NCBI GenBank assembly: GCA_035255365.1
Contig: DATEZS010000031.1
Span: 12,940-76,939, forward strand
Length of the DNA stretch: 64,000 bases
Source: Geothrix sp.
GTDB lineage: Bacteria > Acidobacteriota > Holophagae > Holophagales > Holophagaceae
Direction: 5' to 3'
The translations under genes and the position numbers were made by a program. Shown in pieces: positions 59,544 through 64,000 of the stretch; the stretch's first letter is position 1, and every line of letters begins with the position of its first letter. The notes beneath the pieces were generated by a model, which did not search any database, was not told the DNA's origin, and saw nothing but the letters and a program-made list of their open reading frames with translations.

Positions 59544-60998
59544 ATGGCTTGGGTTTCGGCAGTGGACTGGCGTGAAGGCCTGGATGCCGGTGACCTGTCT
59601 TCCGAAGCCCTGGTCAGGTTTTCCCTGGATCGGATCAAGTCCATCGACCCCGGACTCAATGCTGTTTTGGCAACAACCGAGGACCGGAGTCTGGCCCTCG
59701 CCAGGAAAGCCGATTCGCGCATCCGGGCGGGGGAACGTACCCCGGTCCTGGGTCTTCCCGTCCTACTCAAGGACAACCTCCACTGGCGAGGATCTCAGGT
59801 TTCCTGCGGGTCCAATATCACCCGTGGTTATCGCGCACCCTACGATGCAACAGTCGTGGAGCGACTCCTTGCCGCCGGCGCCATCCCGATCGCCAAAACC
59901 AATCTGGATGAATTCGCCATGGGATCAAGCGGGGAATACAGCGCCTTCGGAACCACCCGCAACCCCTGGGACGCTGGGAGGGTGGCCGGGGGCAGCAGCA
60001 GCGGTTCGGTCGTAGGCGTCGCTGCGGGCTACGCTCCCTTGGCCCTGGGAAGCGACACGGGTGGTTCAGTCCGGCTGCCAGCGAGTTTTTGCAATGTAAG
60101 TGCCTTGCGTCCAACCTATGGAGTTCTGAGTCGCTTTGGACTCACAGCCATGGCCTCCAGTCTGGATCAAGTGGGCCCCATCGCCACCTCCGTTGCGGAT
60201 ATCGCCCTGATGCTCCAGGTGCTCGCCGGCAGCGATCCCTGCGACAGCACCTCCCGAGACCTTCCGGAGATGAATCGGCTTCAGGCATTGAGGCCTGCAG
60301 ATCTCAAAGGCCTCCGCATTGGCATACCCAGCGAGTATTTCGGCGAGTCCATCGAAGAACCGGTCCGCGCCGTCCTCGACCAGGCCCTCGCGCAATTCCG
60401 AACGCTTGGGGCCCAGCTCGTGGAGGTCCACCTTCCCCATACGCGCTGGGCCATCGACACCTACTACCTGATTTGCACCAGTGAGGTGTCCAGCAATCTG
60501 AGCCGTTTCGATGGCGTCCGGTTCGGCCTTCGCGATGCCGGGGAGCAATTCAAGAAAATGGTTTCGCAATCCCGGGACGAGGGATTCGGTCCCGAGGTTA
60601 AGCGGCGGATTTTGCTGGGAACCTTCTGTCTTTCCAAGGGTTCCTATGAGGCATTCTACCTCAAGGCCCAGAAGGTGCGGAGCCTCATCCACCAGGATTT
60701 CCTGGCGGTTTTCGCTGGCGTCGACATCCTCGCCGCGCCGGTGAGCCCCTGCACCGCCTTCGCCACCGGCTCCCGCCTGGTCGATCCCCTGTCCATGTAC
60801 CTGGCGGACCTCTTTACAGTCCCCAGTTCCCTGGCTGGATTACCCTGTCTGTCCATCCCCGCCGGGTTGAGTGAAAACCTTCCGGTCGGCATCCAACTGA
60901 TAGGCCCCTCGTTCTCGGACGTGCGCCTCCTGGAAATCGCCCACGCCTTCCAGTGCGCAACCTCACACCACCTTCAACGCCCCTCCCTTGTCGCTTAG
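59544..60998 (+). CDS. gatA: Glu-tRNA(Gln)/Asp-tRNA(Asn) amidotransferase subunit A
   Basis: KTNLDEFAMGSS, GGSSSGS, GSDTGGSVR.PA, SSNLSRFDG.RFG, EVKRRILLGT, MYL.D. Confidence 0.94.
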   Translation: MAWVSAVDWREGLDAGDLSSEALVRFSLDRIKSIDPGLNAVLATTEDRSLALARKADSRIRAGERTPVLGLPVLLKDNLHWRGSQVSCGSNITRGYRAPYDATVVERLLAAGAIPIAKTNLDEFAMGSSGEYSAFGTTRNPWDAGRVAGGSSSGSVVGVAAGYAPLALGSDTGGSVRLPASFCNVSALRPTYGVLSRFGLTAMASSLDQVGPIATSVADIALMLQVLAGSDPCDSTSRDLPEMNRLQALRPADLKGLRIGIPSEYFGESIEEPVRAVLDQALAQFRTLGAQLVEVHLPHTRWAIDTYYLICTSEVSSNLSRFDGVRFGLRDAGEQFKKMVSQSRDEGFGPEVKRRILLGTFCLSKGSYEAFYLKAQKVRSLIHQDFLAVFAGVDILAAPVSPCTAFATGSRLVDPLSMYLADLFTVPSSLAGLPCLSIPAGLSENLPVGIQLIGPSFSDVRLLEIAHAFQCATSHHLQRPSLVA

Positions 60999-61006
60999 GA
61001 GTGATC

Positions 61007-62344
61007 ATGGCCTTTGATGTCGTCATGCCCCAGATGGGTGAAAGCATCGCTGAAGCCACTGTGCTGAAGTGGCACAAGCAGGTGGGCGACACGATCGCCA
61101 AGGATGAAACCCTGTATGAGATCAGCACGGACAAGGTGGATGCGGAGATCCCGGCCCCGGCCAGTGGAACGCTGCTGGAGATTCTCGTCGAGGTGAACCT
61201 CACCGTTCCAGTGGGCACCGTCGTGGCACGCATTGGCGACGCCTCCGAGAAGCCCGCAGGGGCCTCGGCCCCGGCCGCCACTGTCACTCAGGCGGCCGCG
61301 CCCAGCCCGGCGGCAGCGCCTGCCCCGGAGACGGTGCAGGACGACAACAGCCTCGAAGGCCGCCTCCGGACCAAGAGCAGCCCCCTCGTCCGCGAAATGG
61401 CCAAGCAGCACGGCATCGATCTGGCCAAGGTTCGCGGTACGGGCCAAGCGGGTCGTGTCACCAAGGAAGACCTGGAGAGCTACCTCGCCAAGGGTCCCGC
61501 AGCGCCCCCTGCTCCAGCCCCCGCAGGCATCGCCCCCGTTCTGCCCGCCGTCCATGATCCATCCGCTCCCACCATGGGCCTCACACCGGCTCTGGCAGTG
61601 CCTCCCGCACCCGCCATGCCCACCTTTGCCGCTGGAGAGCGCGTGAAGGTCGAACCCATGAGCCGCATGCGCAAGATCATCGCCGACAATATGGTGGCCA
61701 GCCGCCGCACCTCGGCTCATGTCTACACGGTCTTCGAGATCGACATGACCCATGTGGCCCAGCTCCGGAACAAGCATAAGCAGGCTTTCGAAGCCCAGTT
61801 CGGCACCAAGCTCAGTTTCATGCCCTTCGTGATGATGGCTGCCTGCAAGGCCCTGCGCGCCTATCCCATCGCCAACACCTCCCTCGACGGGGACAACATC
61901 ATCTACAAGCAGGACATCAACCTGGGCATTGCCGTGAGCCTCGACTGGGGCCTTATCGTGCCCGTGGTGAAGAACGCCGACATGCTGAACCTGGGCGGCT
62001 TGGCCCGCAGCCTCAATGACCTGGCCGAGCGCGCCCGCACCAAGCAGCTCAAGCCTGACGAGATCAGCGGCGGCACCTTCACCATCACCAACCCCGGCGT
62101 CTACGGCGACACCTTCGGCCTGCCCATCATCAACCAGCCCCAGGTGGCCATCCAGGGCGTGGGTGCCATCGTGAAGCGCCCAGTGGTCATCACCGGTCCC
62201 GATGGCACTGACTTCATCGCCATCCGCCAGATGATGTTCAGCAGCCTCGGCTTCGACCATCGGATCATTGATGGCGCCACAGGTGATCTCTTCATGGCAT
62301 TCGTGAAGAAGGAGCTGGAGACTTCGACCTTCGGCTTGGAGTAG
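61007..62344 (+). CDS. 2-oxoacid dehydrogenase E2 (dihydrolipoamide acyltransferase, SucB-like)
   Basis: One lipoyl domain (TDKVD), E3-binding SPLVR..A...GTG..GRVTK, catalytic DHRIIDG. ATG after AGGAG. Confidence 0.92.
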   Translation: MAFDVVMPQMGESIAEATVLKWHKQVGDTIAKDETLYEISTDKVDAEIPAPASGTLLEILVEVNLTVPVGTVVARIGDASEKPAGASAPAATVTQAAAPSPAAAPAPETVQDDNSLEGRLRTKSSPLVREMAKQHGIDLAKVRGTGQAGRVTKEDLESYLAKGPAAPPAPAPAGIAPVLPAVHDPSAPTMGLTPALAVPPAPAMPTFAAGERVKVEPMSRMRKIIADNMVASRRTSAHVYTVFEIDMTHVAQLRNKHKQAFEAQFGTKLSFMPFVMMAACKALRAYPIANTSLDGDNIIYKQDINLGIAVSLDWGLIVPVVKNADMLNLGGLARSLNDLAERARTKQLKPDEISGGTFTITNPGVYGDTFGLPIINQPQVAIQGVGAIVKRPVVITGPDGTDFIAIRQMMFSSLGFDHRIIDGATGDLFMAFVKKELETSTFGLE

Positions 62345-62357
62345 ATCCCGGTTTGCG

Positions 62358-62393
62358 CATGAGAACGGCGGCCGTCAGGCCGCCGTTCTCATG
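62358..62393. terminator. 16-bp-stem hairpin between convergent E2 and dnaB genes
   Basis: CATGAGAACGGCGGCC-GTCA-GGCCGCCGTTCTCATG; overlaps the dnaB stop codon. Confidence 0.7.
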
Positions 62394-63768
62394 TGTAGGA
62401 GGCGGTCTCCCTGACCATCTCCCGATACATCGCGTACTCCCCCTGGAAGTGGAGCGGGATGATGCCGGTGGGACCGTTGCGGTGCTTGGCTACCACCAGT
62501 TCGGCGGATGAGAGGTCGGCTTCCCCGTCGGCGGAGGCGACCATCTTTCGATGGATGAAGGCCACCATGTCAGCATCCTGCTCGATGGCGCCGGAATCCC
62601 GGAGATCACTGAGCTGTGGACGGCCGCTGGTCCGGTGTTCCACTTCGCGGTTGAGCTGGGAGAGCACCACCACGGGAACACCGAAATCCTTGGCCATGAG
62701 CTTCAGACCACGGCTGATCTCGCCGATGCGGACGGCTTCGTTCTGCTTGGCGCCACGACTTCCCTCCGGACTGCTGAGCAGCTGGAGGTAGTCGATGATC
62801 ACGAACTCGACGCGACGGTTGTTCTGGCTTCCCTGCTTCAACACCATGTTCTGGATCTGGGGCACGGTGATGGAGGCATGGTCGCAGATGAACAGAGGCA
62901 GGCGCGCAAGCTCATCCCGGGCCTGAAGAATGGTGTTCATGGCCCCGGGGATACGTCCAGCCTGCAAATCCTTCATATTGGTCTGGCTCATGGCCGACAG
63001 CAGGCGGAGGAAAACTTCCTCCTGGCTCATTTCCAGACTGAAGAACGCGCCGCAGTGGCCAGGCCGCCCATCCCGTTCCTGGGCGGCCCGCAGAATCCAG
63101 TTGAGGGCCAGGGCGGTCTTGCCGATGCCGGGGCGGGCGGCCAAAACGATGAGATTCCCAGGCTGGAAGCCCTGAGTCAGTTCGTCGAAGCGGCTGAATC
63201 CGACGCGGACGCCTGTCGAGAGGCGCCCCTCCAGGCGATCCGCCAGTCGCTCCATGGCTTCGTCAGCCACCTGCTGGATGGGTTGGAGTCCTTTGGTCTT
63301 GCCTTCCCCTTGGGCGAGGTTGAAGAGGCTCTGGGCAGTTTGATCCACGAGCACTTCTGGCGGTTCGTCTTCTTCGGCGGCCTGGCGCACCAGCTGGGCC
63401 CCGAGGTGCACCAGCTTGCGCAATCTGGCCTTCCGGCGGATCAGATTCGCCAGGATCATGGGACGTTCCACGTCCTCGCCGGCCAATAGTTCCACCAGGC
63501 CGGGATAGCCCCCCACCTTGTTCAAGCTGTCGTCCTGATCCAGGGCGTCCTTCAGCGTGAGGGAATTGACCTCCACCTGGGCTTCGATGAGGGTCCGCAG
63601 GGCCCTGAACACAGCCCGATGGGCAGGATGGACGAAATCATCATCAGCGAGGGCGTAGACCGCCTCGCTGGCCGCAAAGCCTCCCCCTGGCGCGCAGCAG
63701 GTGGCCAGGAAGGATCGCTCCGCGTCAATATCCTCCGGAAGTCGCTCCGGAAGCCAGTCCGCCATCAT
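62389..63768 (-). CDS. dnaB: Replicative DNA helicase
   Basis: AARPGIGKT, FSLEMS, IDYLQL, LSQLNR, SDLRDSGAIEQDAD, KHRNGPTG; no intein. Confidence 0.97.
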   Translation of the reverse strand: MMADWLPERLPEDIDAERSFLATCCAPGGGFAASEAVYALADDDFVHPAHRAVFRALRTLIEAQVEVNSLTLKDALDQDDSLNKVGGYPGLVELLAGEDVERPMILANLIRRKARLRKLVHLGAQLVRQAAEEDEPPEVLVDQTAQSLFNLAQGEGKTKGLQPIQQVADEAMERLADRLEGRLSTGVRVGFSRFDELTQGFQPGNLIVLAARPGIGKTALALNWILRAAQERDGRPGHCGAFFSLEMSQEEVFLRLLSAMSQTNMKDLQAGRIPGAMNTILQARDELARLPLFICDHASITVPQIQNMVLKQGSQNNRRVEFVIIDYLQLLSSPEGSRGAKQNEAVRIGEISRGLKLMAKDFGVPVVVLSQLNREVEHRTSGRPQLSDLRDSGAIEQDADMVAFIHRKMVASADGEADLSSAELVVAKHRNGPTGIIPLHFQGEYAMYREMVRETASYT

Positions 63769-63842
63769 GCACCCCTACCGAATCGCTGTACCACATTGAT
63801 CCTGCCACCAAAACCATGCGGAGGACATAGGCTGCCGCAACG

Positions 63843-63866
63843 AAACAGCCAGGATCAGTCTGGCTG
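63843..63866 (-). terminator. Probable intrinsic terminator
   Basis: Minus strand CAGCCAG-loop-CTGGCTG followed by TTTCGTT, just after the stop at 63885. Confidence 0.55.
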
Positions 63867-63884
63867 CTCCGCAGTGATCACGAA

Positions 63885-64000
63885 TCAGAGTCCCGGAGGA
63901 GTGTAACCGCCGCCATTCGCATCCACGAAAATGGGGTTGGTAACGGCAATGGGATAGATTCCCTTCATGATCTTGTTCCAGGGGGTTCCGGCCCCGTAGG
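63885..64000 (-). CDS. 3' end of a CDS, probably a CehA/McbA-type metallohydrolase
   Basis: Manual translation ...PWNKIMKGIYPIAVTNPIFVDANGGGYTPPGL*. The TNPIFVD tail is typical of that family (from recall). Confidence 0.55.
   Translation of the reverse strand, partial: YGAGTPWNKIMKGIYPIAVTNPIFVDANGGGYTPPGL

Noticed and set aside
62389-63768. Intein in dnaB
   Set aside because: Length (459 aa) and motif spacing are normal.

Overview
GC-rich bacterial chromosome segment. Gene content and protein style suggest Acidobacteriota, probably Holophagaceae (Geothrix/Holophaga-like); this is an inference. 1-12 kb is an accessory glycerol/lipid locus: FGGY kinase, GlpD-like oxidase, GntR, SDR, DUF2804, YtfJ, esterase, FadL-type channel, lipoprotein metallophosphoesterase and glpK. 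It is followed by HEAT-repeat, GAF and subtilisin genes and tRNA-Lys(CTT). The rest is mostly housekeeping: trpS, tlyA, mltG, rapZ, secA, ndk, proS, thiL, ybaB-recR, photolyase, two RdgC-like genes, pilMNOPQ, gatA, an E2 acyltransferase and dnaB. The most notable observations are (1) a 269-bp MITE inserted exactly into the TAATG stop/start junction after proS, which rebuilds the stop codon and supplies a ribosome-binding site, (2) a 61-bp hairpin repeat after ndk that carries an RBS and ATG, (3) an aldehyde dehydrogenase homolog with several catalytic residues replaced, and (4) the putative glycerolipid uptake and catabolism locus. I saw no CRISPR array, integrase or transposase. All calls come from motif recognition by eye; no database searches were run.
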